21,889 bases of DNA from an uncultured Aquificales bacterium (GCA_964411615.1 CAYPLO010000028.1:1-21889), one strand, 5' to 3'. Counted from the stretch's first letter, positions 9,377 to 20,445 are shown. The notes: a model not told the origin generated them from the letters alone. Made by a program: numbers and translations.

Positions 9377-9731
9377 TCAGCACCTCTCCGTCTCTGACGC
9401 CAAGAAACCTCACCCCGCTGTAAGATTTACCCTCCTCTATAAAGAGGCCGCCGATGAGAAGATACACCTTTTTACCTTTTACAACACTGACCTTCATCTT
9501 TTCAACAATGGATGCAGTGCCATTGGAAGTCTTAACGGCATACCTCCCCACATCGGAGAAGGAGAAGCTGAGGCTGGACCACTTCGGAGCCTCAACCCTC
9601 CAGCTTCTGTACCTGAAGGAGGCAAGCTCCTTCACATGGGGAGGAACGGCACAACTGTGGCCCTTCAAGAGGCAGAAGAGCCCAAAGACCACAAGCGCTA
9701 AGGCAGGACCCAAAAGGGCTCTGGGCATCAT
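9339..9731 (-). CDS. Hypothetical membrane-anchored protein, MshK/PilP-like by position
   Basis: N-terminal hydrophobic segment, beta-rich C-terminus (LLIGGLFIEEG..GVRFLGVRDGEVLIE), directly upstream of the secretin. Confidence 0.55.
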   Translation of the reverse strand: MMPRALLGPALALVVFGLFCLLKGHSCAVPPHVKELASFRYRSWRVEAPKWSSLSFSFSDVGRYAVKTSNGTASIVEKMKVSVVKGKKVYLLIGGLFIEEGKSYSGVRFLGVRDGEVLIEVDGKVYKKKF

Positions 9732-10213
9732 CCCGCCTTCAACCTCAGGCTGACCTTCATCCCTTTACCATCCAGCTTCACACTCTCAAGGAAGGGCAGA
9801 AAGGGAAACCTCAAAACGGTGTTAAGGACCTGGGAGAGACAGCTCCAGCTACTCTCCATGGAGATGGTCAGTCTGTAGCTGGATACGCCACTACCGTAAA
9901 GAGGAAGGGGGCTGAACCTCGCCGACGAGACACAGCTGATGCGGGAAACTGCATCACCGGCGCTAAGAAGCTGAAGGTACGCCTCCTCCCCAGAGGGAAG
10001 CTCCCTTCCAGCACCCGCCAGGAAACCTTTGAGCTCCGCAATCTCCCTCTCAACCAGTGGAACCACGGCGAGGGCCCTGCGCTGCTCTTCAATCACTCTC
10101 TCCATACACCTGCTCTTCAGATAAAGCTCTCTACCGGCAACGAGCAGCAGAAGAAGAACCCCAGAAAGCAGAAATACCACCGTCTCTCTATTCAGCCTTA
10201 TAGTGGGCATCAA
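9728..10213 (-). CDS. Hypothetical bitopic protein, MshJ/PilO/GspM-like by position and topology
   Basis: Single TM helix, coiled coil, then a small alpha/beta domain (YRLTISMESSW..L..VL). Confidence 0.55.
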   Translation of the reverse strand: MMPTIRLNRETVVFLLSGVLLLLLVAGRELYLKSRCMERVIEEQRRALAVVPLVEREIAELKGFLAGAGRELPSGEEAYLQLLSAGDAVSRISCVSSARFSPLPLYGSGVSSYRLTISMESSWSCLSQVLNTVLRFPFLPFLESVKLDGKGMKVSLRLKAG

Positions 10214-11306
10214 CCACCACTTTGAAGGTCCTTTTGGCGGGGTTGTAGCTTTTGCTCAGAACTTTGAGCCCCTCACCCCCCAGCTCATCAAGCAGTCTCA
10301 CAAAGAGCAGAAAACCCTGGGCCTGGGATGAAGCGTTGACGCCTCCCTTAACAACCACCCTCCCCTTTTCCACCTTCATACTCTTCACAGAGGCAAACCC
10401 CAGGCTCCGAAGGGCGGTATAGACCCTGTAACCCACCTTAACAGCTCCGAAACTGCTGTAGGCCGTCTTCTCTTCCTCCAGCAGCTTCTTCTTCTGTTCT
10501 GCCTGCCTCTCCAACTCACGCACCTTTTCAAGAAGCCTGTAGGCCCTCTCCACCTCCACCTGTCTCCTCTCAACCTCCCGCCTCAGGGACAGGACCTTGA
10601 AAAACTGCCACACATCAAAGGCACCCGCCACAAGAACAGCAGCGCACATGCCCGCCACAAGGCGGGTCAGCAGGGCACTCTCCCTCCTCTTTTGAAGCAC
10701 ATCCTGGGGTATGAGATTAAAGCTGGAGACATCCTCAATATCACACTCAATGGAGGGGACAACCTCCGGTTTGACGAGCAACTCTTTACCCTCAAGCCAC
10801 CCGGCTTTAGGCCCAGACACAAAGCAGCACTCTGGTAGCTCCGGAACCAGGTTCAGGGCGTATCTGAAGGTGTTGTTTATGAGCTCAACCTCTCCCTCAC
10901 TAAGCTCCTCACCCATAACGGGAATGGTGGTGGAATACAGAACCATCCCCCTGTGGGCCAGAGAGACGGAGACGGCATCCTCATAAGCAATCAGGCACCA
11001 GCAGTGGTTATCACCAACCTTCTCTTTCGCCATGGAGGCGAAGGCCACCTCTTCACTCACCACACATCGGGCCTGAGGATACTCCTTCAACAGTGAGAGC
11101 ACCTCTTCCCTGGCAACAACGCTCACGGCAACCCTTAAGGAGTCCTCAAGCTCCTCGTAGATGTCAAAGCCGAAGGTGAAGGGGGAAGGGATATCGGGCC
11201 TCTCCTCAAGCTCAACCTCCAGAAGCCTCCTCAGGAACCTCTCCTTTACCTTCCTGACCTCAACCAGACCGTGAAAGGAGCCCAGGAACCTCCTTACGAG
11301 GAGCAA
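10188..11306 (-). CDS. Hypothetical protein, MshI/PilM-PilN/GspL-like
   Basis: Cytoplasmic domain, FNLIP motif (PilN-type xNLLP) just before a TM helix, coiled coil, small periplasmic domain; first gene of the pilus cluster. Confidence 0.6.
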   Translation of the reverse strand: MLLVRRFLGSFHGLVEVRKVKERFLRRLLEVELEERPDIPSPFTFGFDIYEELEDSLRVAVSVVAREEVLSLLKEYPQARCVVSEEVAFASMAKEKVGDNHCWCLIAYEDAVSVSLAHRGMVLYSTTIPVMGEELSEGEVELINNTFRYALNLVPELPECCFVSGPKAGWLEGKELLVKPEVVPSIECDIEDVSSFNLIPQDVLQKRRESALLTRLVAGMCAAVLVAGAFDVWQFFKVLSLRREVERRQVEVERAYRLLEKVRELERQAEQKKKLLEEEKTAYSSFGAVKVGYRVYTALRSLGFASVKSMKVEKGRVVVKGGVNASSQAQGFLLFVRLLDELGGEGLKVLSKSYNPAKRTFKVVVDAHYKAE

Positions 11307-12400
11307 AAGGCCTCCTCCAGCATACCTCTGAGGCTCTCCTTGGATACACTAACGGGAAGGACCTCAACTATGCTCTTCCTGCTCATGACGAAGGAGACCA
11401 TGGCCTCCATCTCCTCTTCAGTAAGGGCAAGGGAGGAGGGCTCCGGTATGCCCAGCTCGGTCAGGAACCTGTGGAGGAAGCCTACAAAGTGCTTAACCCC
11501 AAGCTGCGCCTCAAGCTCCCTCAGCTGTCCTCCAACGGCATCTCCATAAAACTCCAGCACCGGCACCATGAAGATGCCCATGGTGAACCCGTGGGGAAGC
11601 CCCCTCAGGAAGGTTAAGGCGTGCCCCAGCTGATGGACGAGCCCGGCTCCGGCCCCCGATATGGCAAGTCCCCCGTAGAGGCTTGCAAGCATCATCTTCC
11701 TTCTGGCCACAGGCTCGTTGCTCATGGCATTCTTCAGGTATCTGAAGACCAGCCTCATCCCCTCAAGGGAGAAGAGTCTGGTGATGGGGGAGGCCTTCCT
11801 TGACAGATACGCCTCAAGGCAGTGGGAGAGGGCATCCACACCGGCGTTTCTCGTAATCTCAGAAGAGGCGGTGTAGGTGAGTTCCGGGTCGTCAAGGGCC
11901 ATATCGGGGTAGCAGTAGATGCTGGTCACAGGAGCCTTCTTCCTCCTCTCCCTGTCCATTATCACACAGTAAGGGGTCACCTCGGAGCCAGAGCCGCTGG
12001 TGGTGGGAACCGCCACAACGAAGGCTCCCTTCCTGTCAAAGGGCTCCTTCACCCCTATGAGCTCCCTGACCTGACCGGGATTGTCCCTCATGGCCGCCGC
12101 AAGCTTTGCCACATCAAGGACGCTGCCACCTCCCACAGCCACAACCACATGGGGCCTGTAATCCCTCACCATCTCCACCAGGTCCTGGGCCACCTCCCAC
12201 GTGGGCTCAGGCTCAACCCTGTCGTACCAGTGCCACTGGGTTCCCTTTAAAAGGTCCCCCAGCCTCTCTATCAGGCCTGTCTCCCTGACGAAGCGCCTGC
12301 CCGTAACGAGAAGGACCCTTCCAGCAGGCAGAAGGGTGGGAAGCTGGGAGAGAACACCCTCACCAAAAAGGACCTTTACCGGGTTATACCATCTCCACAT
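11294..12400 (-). CDS. Iron-containing alcohol dehydrogenase family protein
   Basis: GGGSVLDVAK, VPTTSGSGSEVT, metal ligands in DALSH, VHQLGH and LPHG. Confidence 0.92.
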   Translation of the reverse strand: MWRWYNPVKVLFGEGVLSQLPTLLPAGRVLLVTGRRFVRETGLIERLGDLLKGTQWHWYDRVEPEPTWEVAQDLVEMVRDYRPHVVVAVGGGSVLDVAKLAAAMRDNPGQVRELIGVKEPFDRKGAFVVAVPTTSGSGSEVTPYCVIMDRERRKKAPVTSIYCYPDMALDDPELTYTASSEITRNAGVDALSHCLEAYLSRKASPITRLFSLEGMRLVFRYLKNAMSNEPVARRKMMLASLYGGLAISGAGAGLVHQLGHALTFLRGLPHGFTMGIFMVPVLEFYGDAVGGQLRELEAQLGVKHFVGFLHRFLTELGIPEPSSLALTEEEMEAMVSFVMSRKSIVEVLPVSVSKESLRGMLEEAFCSS

Positions 12401-13329
12401 CAGTTGAGGTAGTCCTCAAGTCTCCTGGCGGATGCCAGCCTCCTCAGCTTCTGGAGGGCCCTGGCCTCTATCTGCCTCACCCTCTCCCTGCTCACCCCCA
12501 GTATCTTACCTATCTCCTCAAGGGTCATGGGACCCTCTCCGTCTATGCCGAACCTGCGCCTTATGATGAACTCCTCCCTGGGGGTGAGCTGCTTCAGGAG
12601 CCTCCTGACCTCAGCGGCAAGGGAGGCCTTCAACGCCTCCTCCTCGGCAGAGGGGGTGGTGGACTCCATGAAGTCCAGAAAGGTGGCGTCCTCCTCATCC
12701 CTGTTTATGGGACTCTCAAGGGAGAGATGTATCCTGGCCACCCTCAGTATATCCTCCACATCCTCAGGGTCCATGTCCAGCTCCTCAGCTATCTCCTCAA
12801 TGGTGGGTTCCCTGCCGTACCTCTGGAAAAGCTCCTCATAGGTCTCCCTTATCTTCAGAAGCACAGAGGCCTGCTTCAGGGGAAGCTTCACCACACCCGA
12901 CTGCTCGGCCAAGGCCTGCATTATGGCCTGCTTTATCCACCAGACGGCGTAGGAGATGAACCTCACCCCCCTGTCAGGGTCAAATCTCCTGGCGGCCTGT
13001 ATGAGCCCCAGGTTCCCCTCGTTTATCAGGTCCATGAGTGGAACACCGTAGCCCTTGTACTTTGAGGCCACAGAGACCACGAACCTGAGGTTGGACTCCA
13101 CAAGCTTCCTGAAGGCCTCCTTATCACCGGCCCTGGCCCTTCTGGCCAGCTCCATCTCCTCCTCCCTGCTCAGAACCGGATACTCACTTATGCGCTTGAG
13201 GTAAGAGGCCAGGGCCTCGTCGGAGGTGGGGACCTCAAAGCTGTCCAGAAGGTCCTCCACCTCCTCCTCGCTTATATCCACAGGCTCCTTCTCCTCAACC
13301 GCCTCTGCGGTCTTCTTCCTGTCCTCCAT
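12400..13329 (-). CDS. RNA polymerase sigma70-family factor, RpoS/group-2-like (regions 1.2-4, no region 1.1)
   Basis: YLKRISEYPVLSREEE (1.2), NLRFVVSVA..DLINEGNLGL..RFDPDRGVRFISYAVWWIKQAI (2), SLESPI (3.2), TLEEIG..LGVSRERVRQIE (4.2); 309 aa. Confidence 0.92.
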   Translation of the reverse strand: MEDRKKTAEAVEEKEPVDISEEEVEDLLDSFEVPTSDEALASYLKRISEYPVLSREEEMELARRARAGDKEAFRKLVESNLRFVVSVASKYKGYGVPLMDLINEGNLGLIQAARRFDPDRGVRFISYAVWWIKQAIMQALAEQSGVVKLPLKQASVLLKIRETYEELFQRYGREPTIEEIAEELDMDPEDVEDILRVARIHLSLESPINRDEEDATFLDFMESTTPSAEEEALKASLAAEVRRLLKQLTPREEFIIRRRFGIDGEGPMTLEEIGKILGVSRERVRQIEARALQKLRRLASARRLEDYLN

Positions 13330-13338
13330 AGTGAACTC

Positions 13339-15963
13339 CTAAGCCACCTTCTTCAGCACTTCCTCACCCTTCCTGAAGGCAAGGCCCCCATCGGAGGCCA
13401 CAATCTCCACCCTGTCTCCGGGCTTAACCTCACCTCTGAGTATCATCTCGGCCAGACTGTTCTCCACCAGCCTCTGGATGGTCCTTCTGAGGGGCCTTGC
13501 ACCGTAAACGCTGTCAAACCCCACATCTGCAAGATACTCTCTTACCCCATCGTCCCACACCAGGTCAATCTTCTTCTCGGCAAGCCTCCTCTTCACCCTG
13601 TTCAGCATCAGGTCCGCTATCTGCTTCACGTGCTCCTTACCCAGGGAGTGGAAGACTATTATCTCGTCAATCCTGTTGAGAAACTCGGGCCTGAAGTGGG
13701 CCCTGAGGGCGTTCATAACCCTCTCCTTCATCTCGTTGTAGTACCTCTCGTACTCAGGGGTGCCGAACTCCGCAGGAGGAGGGGTGATGAACTCCGAGCC
13801 TATGTTTGAGGTCATGATAATCACCGTGTTCTTGAAGGAGACGGTGTTGCCCTTGGAGTCTGTGAGCCTTCCGTCCTCAAGTATCTGGAGCAGTATGTTG
13901 AAGACCTCAGGATGGGCCTTCTCTATCTCGTCAAGGAGCACCACAGAGTAGGGACGGCGCCTCACCGCCTCGGTGAGCTGACCGCCCTCCTCATACCCCA
14001 CGTATCCGGGTGGAGCACCTATGAGCCTGGAGACGGAGTGCCGCTCCATGTACTCGGACATGTCTATGCGAACCATGGCGTTCTCATCGTCAAAGAGGAA
14101 CTCGGCCAGGGCCTTGGCAAGCTCCGTCTTACCCACACCGGTGGGTCCGAGGAACATGAAGGAGCCAAGGGGCCTGTTGGGGTCGGAAAGGCCAGCCCTG
14201 GCCCTCCTTATGGTCTCAGAGACCGCCCTCACAGCCACATCCTGCCCGATAACCCTCCTGTGCAGCTCCTCCTCCATCCTGAGAAGCTTCTGGGCCTCCT
14301 CCTCAAGGAGCTTGTGAACGGGGATACCCGTCCACTTGGAGATAATCTCCGCTATATCCTCGTCCTCCACCACCTCCTTAAGGAGCTTCCTCTTGCTCTG
14401 TATCTCGGCCAGCCTTCTATTTGCCTCCTCAAGCTCCCTGTTGAGCCTCATGAGCACATCGTACTTGATGCGTGCAGCCTTCTCCAAATCCCCACCTCTT
14501 TCTGCAAGCTCAAGCTCGTGGGTGGCCTTATTTATCTCCTCCTTCAATTGTCTCACCTTCTGTATGGCCTCCTTCTCCATGAGCCAGTGGGCCTTCAGCT
14601 CGTCAAACTCCTCCTTGAGCTGTGCTATCCTCCTCTCTATAACCTCCAGCTCCTCCTTGCTCTTGCCTTCAAGCTTGAGAACCTCCCTCTCTATCTCCAG
14701 CTGCCTTATCTTACGGGATATATCGTCCAGCTCCGAAGGCATGCTGTCTATCTCCATCCTGAGCTTGGCGGCGGCCTCGTCTATGAGGTCAACGGCCTTG
14801 TCGGGAAGCCTCCTGTCGGGTATGTAACGGGCAGAGAGGTAAGCTGCGGCGATTATTGCAGAATCGCTTATCCTCACCCCGTGGTGTATCTCGTAGCGCT
14901 CCTTGAGGCCCCTCAAGATTGATACCGTCTCCTCAACGGTGGGCTCTGAGACATAGACGGGCTGAAATCTCCTCTCAAGGGCCGGGTCCTTCTCTATGTA
15001 CTTCCGGTACTCGTCCACAGTGGTGGCCCCTATGCAGTGGAGCTCACCCCTGGCAAGGGCGGGCTTCAGTATGTTGGCAGCATCCATGGCACCCTCGGCC
15101 CTTCCCGCTCCCACAAGGGTGTGTATCTCGTCTATGAAGAGTATCACCTTCCCCTCGCTCTCGGTTATCTCCTTGATAACAGCCTTGAGCCTCTCCTCAA
15201 ACTCACCCCTGTACTTGGCACCGGCAAGGAGGGCCCCCATATCCAGGGCCAGTATGGACTTATCCCTCAATGTGGTGGGCACATCCCCCTTGGCTATCCT
15301 CTGGGCAAGCCCCTCAACAATGGCGGTCTTACCGACACCGGCATCCCCTATGAGGCAGGGGTTGTTCTTCCTCCGCCGGGAGAGAATCTGAATCACCCTC
15401 CTTATCTCTTCGTCCCTGCCTATGACAGGGTCAAGCTTCCCCTGTCTTGCAAGCTCTGTGAGGTCCACACAGTAGCGCTTAAGGGCCTGGTACCTCTCCT
15501 CGGCGGCCTGGTCCGTAACCCTGTGGGGACCCCTCACCTCCTGAAGGGCCTTAAGCAACTCCTCATAACCGGCGCCTAAGGACTTGAGGATATCGTGGGC
15601 GTAGGAGCCAGGCTCCTTGGCTATGGCAAGAAGCAGGTGCTCGGTGCTTATGTAGGCATCCTGCATCTGGCGGGAAAGCTCAAGGGCGAGCTCAAAGACC
15701 CTGTTCAGCTTGGGCGATATGTAGACCTGCCCCACACCGGAGACCTGGGGAAACTTGGAGAAGGTCTCCTCAATCCTTCCCCTAAGCAGGGAAAGCTCCA
15801 CACCGCACTTCTTGAGAATCTCGGCAACAGCCCCCTCCCCTTCAACCATGGCGTAAAGCAGGTGCTCAGGCTCTATCTGCTGATGCCCCTTGGAAGAGGC
15901 CAACTCCTGAGCCTTTGCTATGGCCTCCTGGGCCTTTATGGTGAACCTGTCAAGGGATATCAT
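13339..15963 (-). CDS. clpB: ATP-dependent disaggregase ClpB
   Basis: Clp N-domain, GDAGVGKT and GPTGVGKT Walker A motifs, [13 protein letters not shown], long coiled-coil middle domain, [26 protein letters not shown]. Confidence 0.97.
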   Translation of the reverse strand: MISLDRFTIKAQEAIAKAQELASSKGHQQIEPEHLLYAMVEGEGAVAEILKKCGVELSLLRGRIEETFSKFPQVSGVGQVYISPKLNRVFELALELSRQMQDAYISTEHLLLAIAKEPGSYAHDILKSLGAGYEELLKALQEVRGPHRVTDQAAEERYQALKRYCVDLTELARQGKLDPVIGRDEEIRRVIQILSRRRKNNPCLIGDAGVGKTAIVEGLAQRIAKGDVPTTLRDKSILALDMGALLAGAKYRGEFEERLKAVIKEITESEGKVILFIDEIHTLVGAGRAEGAMDAANILKPALARGELHCIGATTVDEYRKYIEKDPALERRFQPVYVSEPTVEETVSILRGLKERYEIHHGVRISDSAIIAAAYLSARYIPDRRLPDKAVDLIDEAAAKLRMEIDSMPSELDDISRKIRQLEIEREVLKLEGKSKEELEVIERRIAQLKEEFDELKAHWLMEKEAIQKVRQLKEEINKATHELELAERGGDLEKAARIKYDVLMRLNRELEEANRRLAEIQSKRKLLKEVVEDEDIAEIISKWTGIPVHKLLEEEAQKLLRMEEELHRRVIGQDVAVRAVSETIRRARAGLSDPNRPLGSFMFLGPTGVGKTELAKALAEFLFDDENAMVRIDMSEYMERHSVSRLIGAPPGYVGYEEGGQLTEAVRRRPYSVVLLDEIEKAHPEVFNILLQILEDGRLTDSKGNTVSFKNTVIIMTSNIGSEFITPPPAEFGTPEYERYYNEMKERVMNALRAHFRPEFLNRIDEIIVFHSLGKEHVKQIADLMLNRVKRRLAEKKIDLVWDDGVREYLADVGFDSVYGARPLRRTIQRLVENSLAEMILRGEVKPGDRVEIVASDGGLAFRKGEEVLKKVA

Positions 15964-16367
15964 CTCTCATCACCTCCCTCCTCAACAATCTCTATCCTCA
16001 CAAGCTTGCTCACGGGCACCTTCACGAGACCGGGCCTCTGCATCCTCCTGACCTCAACCTCCATGTACCTCCTCAGAAGCTCCGTGAGCCTCTCTATCTC
16101 CGCCTGTAGCTCCTCTATCTGCTCCTTCATCCTGAGGATTATCTCCACCCCCGCCAGATTCACCCCGAGCTCCCTGGTGAGGCTGACTATGGTCCTCAGC
16201 CTCTCCACATCCTCCTCGGAGTAGAGCCTGGTGTTGCCCTCGGAACGGGCAGGCTTTATAAGCCCCTCCCTCTCGTAAAGCCTCAGGGTCTGGGGATGAA
16301 CCCCCAGCATCCTGGCCACCGCACTTATCTGGTAGAGGGGCTTCTTCTTGTCCACATTATCCCTCAT
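15960..16367 (-). CDS. hspR: Heat-shock repressor HspR (MerR family)
   Basis: [53 protein letters not shown], coiled coil and hydrophobic tail; sits between dnaJ and clpB; HAIR-like site upstream of dnaK. Confidence 0.92.
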   Translation of the reverse strand: MRDNVDKKKPLYQISAVARMLGVHPQTLRLYEREGLIKPARSEGNTRLYSEEDVERLRTIVSLTRELGVNLAGVEIILRMKEQIEELQAEIERLTELLRRYMEVEVRRMQRPGLVKVPVSKLVRIEIVEEGGDER

Positions 16368-16370
16368 GGC

Positions 16371-17371
<1,001 letters not shown>

Positions 17372-17372
17372 A

Positions 17373-19292
17373 TCACTTCTTCTCCTCAAAGTCGGCGTCA
17401 ATCACCTCCCCTTCACCGGAGGATGAAGCGCCGGTGGAGCCTGCCGCTCCAGATGCACCTCCTGCCGAGGAAGCTCCACCTGCTCCTGCCGCAGCCTGCT
17501 GATACATGTACTGGGCAATCCTGTGGGAGGCCTGGGTGAGCCTGTCTATGGCCCTCCTTATCTCGTCAATGCCCCTCTTCTCCTCAAGGACCTTCTTGGC
17601 CTCGGCAAGGGCATCCTCAACCTCCTTGATATCGGACACGGGTATCTTCTCCCTGTTCTCGTTGAGGGTCTTCTCAACGGTGTACACAAGTCCATCCAGC
17701 TGGTTCCTGAGCTCAATCTCCTCCTTCTTCCTCCTGTCCTCCTCGGCGTGGGCCTCAGCCTCCCTTATCATGCGCTCAATCTCCTCCTCGGTAAGGCCAC
17801 TGGAGGCTGTAACGGTAACCTTCTGCTCCTTGCCTGTGGCCAGGTCCTTGGCGGAGACGTGGAGGATACCGTTGGCATCTATGTCAAAGGTCACCTCAAT
17901 CTTGGGCACTCCCCTGGGCGCAGGGGGTATACCGTCAAGTATGAACCTGGCAAGGGTCCTGTTGTCCTTGGCCAAGGGCCTTTCACCCTGAAGCACGTGT
18001 ATCTCAACAGAGGTCTGGTTGTCGGCAGCTGTGGTGAATATCTCGGTCTTTCTGGTGGGTATGGTGGTGTTCCTGGGGATGAGCACCGTCATAACACCAC
18101 CGAGGGTCTCAATACCTAAGGACAGAGGCGTAACATCCAGAAGGAGTATATCCTTCACCTCACCGGTGAGCACTCCCGCCTGAACAGCGGCACCCAGAGC
18201 CACAGCCTCATCGGGGTTGATGTCCTTACGGGGCTCCCTGCCGAATATCTCCTTAACTATCTGCTGCACCAGAGGAACCCTGGTTGAACCTCCCACCAGA
18301 ATCACCTCATCTATATCGGCAGGGGTGACCCCCGCATCCTTCATGGCAAGCTGGCAGGGCTCAATGGTCTTCTCCACCAGGTCCCTTATGAGGGACTCAA
18401 ACTTGGCCCTGGTGAGCTTCTTTATGAGGTGCTTGGGCCCTGAGGCATCGGCGGTTATGAAGGGCAGGTTTATCTCCGTCTCCATGACGGAAGATAGCTC
18501 AATCTTCGCCTTCTCAGCGGCCTCCTTCAGCCTCTGCATGGCCATGGGGTCCTTGGAGAGGTCAATACCCGTCTCCTTCTTAAACTCCTCCACAAGCCAG
18601 TCTATGATTCTCTGGTCAAAGTTGTCTCCTCCAAGGTGGGTATCGCCGTTAACGGCCTTCACCTCAAAGACGCCCTCACCCACCTCAAGTATGGATATAT
18701 CAAAGGTTCCGCCCCCCAAATCGTAAACGGCAATCTTTCCGCCCTTCTTCTTGTCAAGCCCGTAGGCTAAAGCAGCGGCTGTGGGTTCGTTAACAAGCCT
18801 CAGAACCTCAAGGCCGGCGATTCTCCCCGCATCCTTGGTGGCACGCCTCTGGTCGTCGTTGAAGTAGGCGGGAACCGTTATAACCGCCTTCTCCACCTTC
18901 TCTCCAAGGTAGGCCTCGGCAGCCTCCTTGAGCTTCCTCAAAATCATGGCGGATATCTCAGGAGGAGAGTAGACCTTGCCCATCACCTCCACACGGGCAT
19001 CCCCGTGGGGCCCCCTCACCACCTTGTAGGGGACCATCTTTATCTCCTCCTGCACCTCCTCGTAACGACGCCCCATGAAGCGCTTGATGGAGAAGATGGT
19101 GTTCTCGGGATTCGTTATGGCCTGACGCTTGGCCGGGGCACCAACCAGTATCTCGCCGTCCTTGGTGAAGGCCACCATAGAGGGTGTGGTTCTGGCCCCC
19201 TCCTGGTTCACAATCACCTTGGGCTGACCGCCCTCCATAACAGCAACCACAGAGTTGGTGGTCCCCAAATCTATCCCTATCACCTTACCCAT
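17373..19292 (-). CDS. dnaK: Molecular chaperone DnaK (Hsp70)
   Basis: [51 protein letters not shown]. Start reassigned to ATG at 19292 (GGAGGGGG RBS); the track's 19352 start lies within the promoter -35 box. Confidence 0.98.
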   Translation of the reverse strand: MGKVIGIDLGTTNSVVAVMEGGQPKVIVNQEGARTTPSMVAFTKDGEILVGAPAKRQAITNPENTIFSIKRFMGRRYEEVQEEIKMVPYKVVRGPHGDARVEVMGKVYSPPEISAMILRKLKEAAEAYLGEKVEKAVITVPAYFNDDQRRATKDAGRIAGLEVLRLVNEPTAAALAYGLDKKKGGKIAVYDLGGGTFDISILEVGEGVFEVKAVNGDTHLGGDNFDQRIIDWLVEEFKKETGIDLSKDPMAMQRLKEAAEKAKIELSSVMETEINLPFITADASGPKHLIKKLTRAKFESLIRDLVEKTIEPCQLAMKDAGVTPADIDEVILVGGSTRVPLVQQIVKEIFGREPRKDINPDEAVALGAAVQAGVLTGEVKDILLLDVTPLSLGIETLGGVMTVLIPRNTTIPTRKTEIFTTAADNQTSVEIHVLQGERPLAKDNRTLARFILDGIPPAPRGVPKIEVTFDIDANGILHVSAKDLATGKEQKVTVTASSGLTEEEIERMIREAEAHAEEDRRKKEEIELRNQLDGLVYTVEKTLNENREKIPVSDIKEVEDALAEAKKVLEEKRGIDEIRRAIDRLTQASHRIAQYMYQQAAAGAGGASSAGGASGAAGSTGASSSGEGEVIDADFEEKK

Positions 19293-19323
19293 GACTCCCC
19301 CTCCAATCTTTTTTCTCGGGGTG

Positions 19324-19352
19324 AATATAAAACTTGAGCCTGATATTGTCAA
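19324..19352 (-). promoter_or_regulatory. Sigma70 promoter of the dnaK operon
   Basis: Minus strand TTGACA (19352-19347), 17-bp spacer, TATATT (19329-19324); the -10 box ends about 30 bp upstream of the dnaK ATG. Confidence 0.85.
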
Positions 19353-19353
19353 G
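19333..19353. promoter_or_regulatory. HAIR-like HspR operator
   Basis: CTTGAGC-CTGATAT-TGTCAAG versus HAIR consensus CTTGAGT-N7-ACTCAAG; same 21-bp length, overlaps the -35 box and spacer; hspR is in the operon. Confidence 0.85.
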
Positions 19354-19439
19354 ATTCCTTAAAGCGTCCATGTTAATTTCCAGGGGTTGATAAATCCATG
19401 TGATTGTGCGTATTAGTCTTCAAGGTTACGGGAGGCGGA

Positions 19440-19988
19440 ATGAGAGACCCAAAGCTCATGTGCCTTGTGCTCAACAAGATGTTCATGCCCTTTGACATCA
19501 TCCCCTGGCAGAGGGCGATAACCTTAGAGTTCCTGGGAAGGGGACTGGTCCTGGAGTACCATCCCCACCGCCGCATAAGAAGCGCCAGGAGAAGCTGGCA
19601 GGTTCCCATCGTTATGAAGGTCAACTCCATACGCACCACGATGGTTGAAGGTCCCCCCACCAGGATGATGATATACTACAGGGACAACTTCAGATGCGCC
19701 TACTGCGGCAAGACCCTGAAGGACAATGAACTCACCATAGACCACGTTGTCCCCAAGGCCAAGGGGGGCAAGTGGACCTGGGAGAACTTAGTGACCTGCT
19801 GCAGAAACTGCAACCTCAGGAAGAAGGAAGAGATATGGGTTCCCGTCTATACAACCCCCACAAAACCCAAGTTCCTCTTTCCCCAGTACATAAAGGCATC
19901 AAAGAGCGTGGACAGCGAAACCATTGAGGTGTGGCAGAGATACATACCCCAGGGGCTTGTGAGAAGCAGCTCACATGGGCGAGCCTGA
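19440..19988 (+). CDS. HNH endonuclease (McrA-like / HNH_5 type)
   Basis: [39 protein letters not shown]-terminal LVLN..F.P...IPWQRA. ATG 19440 with GGAGG RBS at 19431-19435 is preferred over the track's 19404. Confidence 0.9.
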   Translation: MRDPKLMCLVLNKMFMPFDIIPWQRAITLEFLGRGLVLEYHPHRRIRSARRSWQVPIVMKVNSIRTTMVEGPPTRMMIYYRDNFRCAYCGKTLKDNELTIDHVVPKAKGGKWTWENLVTCCRNCNLRKKEEIWVPVYTTPTKPKFLFPQYIKASKSVDSETIEVWQRYIPQGLVRSSSHGRA

Positions 19989-20445
19989 GAACCTGTTTGA
20001 TACCATAATTAAGGCCCTTGAGTACCTGAGCATGGGCAAGGGGGCCGAGCTCCTATCTCTGACAAGGTGGTGGAAGGAGATAGTAGGGGATTACGTGGCA
20101 AAGCACACCACCCCCTTGAGATTCTCAGATGGCGCCTTAGTGGTGGGGGTGGACAACAACGCCCTCATGCAGCAGCTAAGCCTTGAACAGGAGAGGATAA
20201 AGGAGAACATGGAGAAGGTTCTGGGGAAGAGCTGGCCTCTGAGGTTCGTATACCACCGCAAAAGTACCAGAAGAACCAAGGCTCCCAGAATAAGAGATGT
20301 CAAGCTATCGGAGGAAGAGATAAAGGAGATAAAGAGGATGGTGGAGAAGGTGAAGGACCCGGAGTTGAGGTTGCTCTTTGAAAAGGCCATCATAGGGATA
20401 GAACTGAGGCGGAGGCAGAGATGCTCAGAAGACTCCTCTTTGTGA
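19975..20445 (+). CDS. DUF721 / DciA family protein
   Basis: [36 protein letters not shown] pattern followed by a basic linker and helical tail. Confidence 0.75.
   Translation: MGEPENLFDTIIKALEYLSMGKGAELLSLTRWWKEIVGDYVAKHTTPLRFSDGALVVGVDNNALMQQLSLEQERIKENMEKVLGKSWPLRFVYHRKSTRRTKAPRIRDVKLSEEEIKEIKRMVEKVKDPELRLLFEKAIIGIELRRRQRCSEDSSL

Noticed and set aside
12400..13329. Calling the sigma factor rpoD or rpoH
   Set aside because: No region 1.1, divergent region 2.3-2.4 and no RpoH box; gene symbol left blank.
13912..14922. 336-aa plus-strand ORF and other long antisense ORFs over clpB, dnaK, the secretin and the platform gene
   Set aside because: They lie entirely antisense to well-conserved genes, are Leu/Ser/Pro-rich and show no motifs; typical shadow ORFs from biased codon usage.
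17410..17500. Low-complexity Gly/Ala/Ser repeat-like stretch
   Set aside because: Ordinary disordered DnaK C-terminal tail, not a DNA repeat.
19293..19352. 20-aa N-terminal extension of DnaK in the ORF track
   Set aside because: The TTG start is part of the -35 box and so lies upstream of the likely TSS; ATG 19292 has an RBS and gives the canonical N-terminus.
19373..19745. Minus-strand ORFs of 95 and 73 aa opposite the HNH gene
   Set aside because: Antisense to a gene with clear HNH motifs and have no recognisable features.
19440..19988. HNH gene as a mobile element, IscB/Cas9-like nuclease or restriction system
   Set aside because: Only 182 aa, with no RuvC motifs, flanking repeats, ncRNA-sized gap, CRISPR array or methyltransferase.
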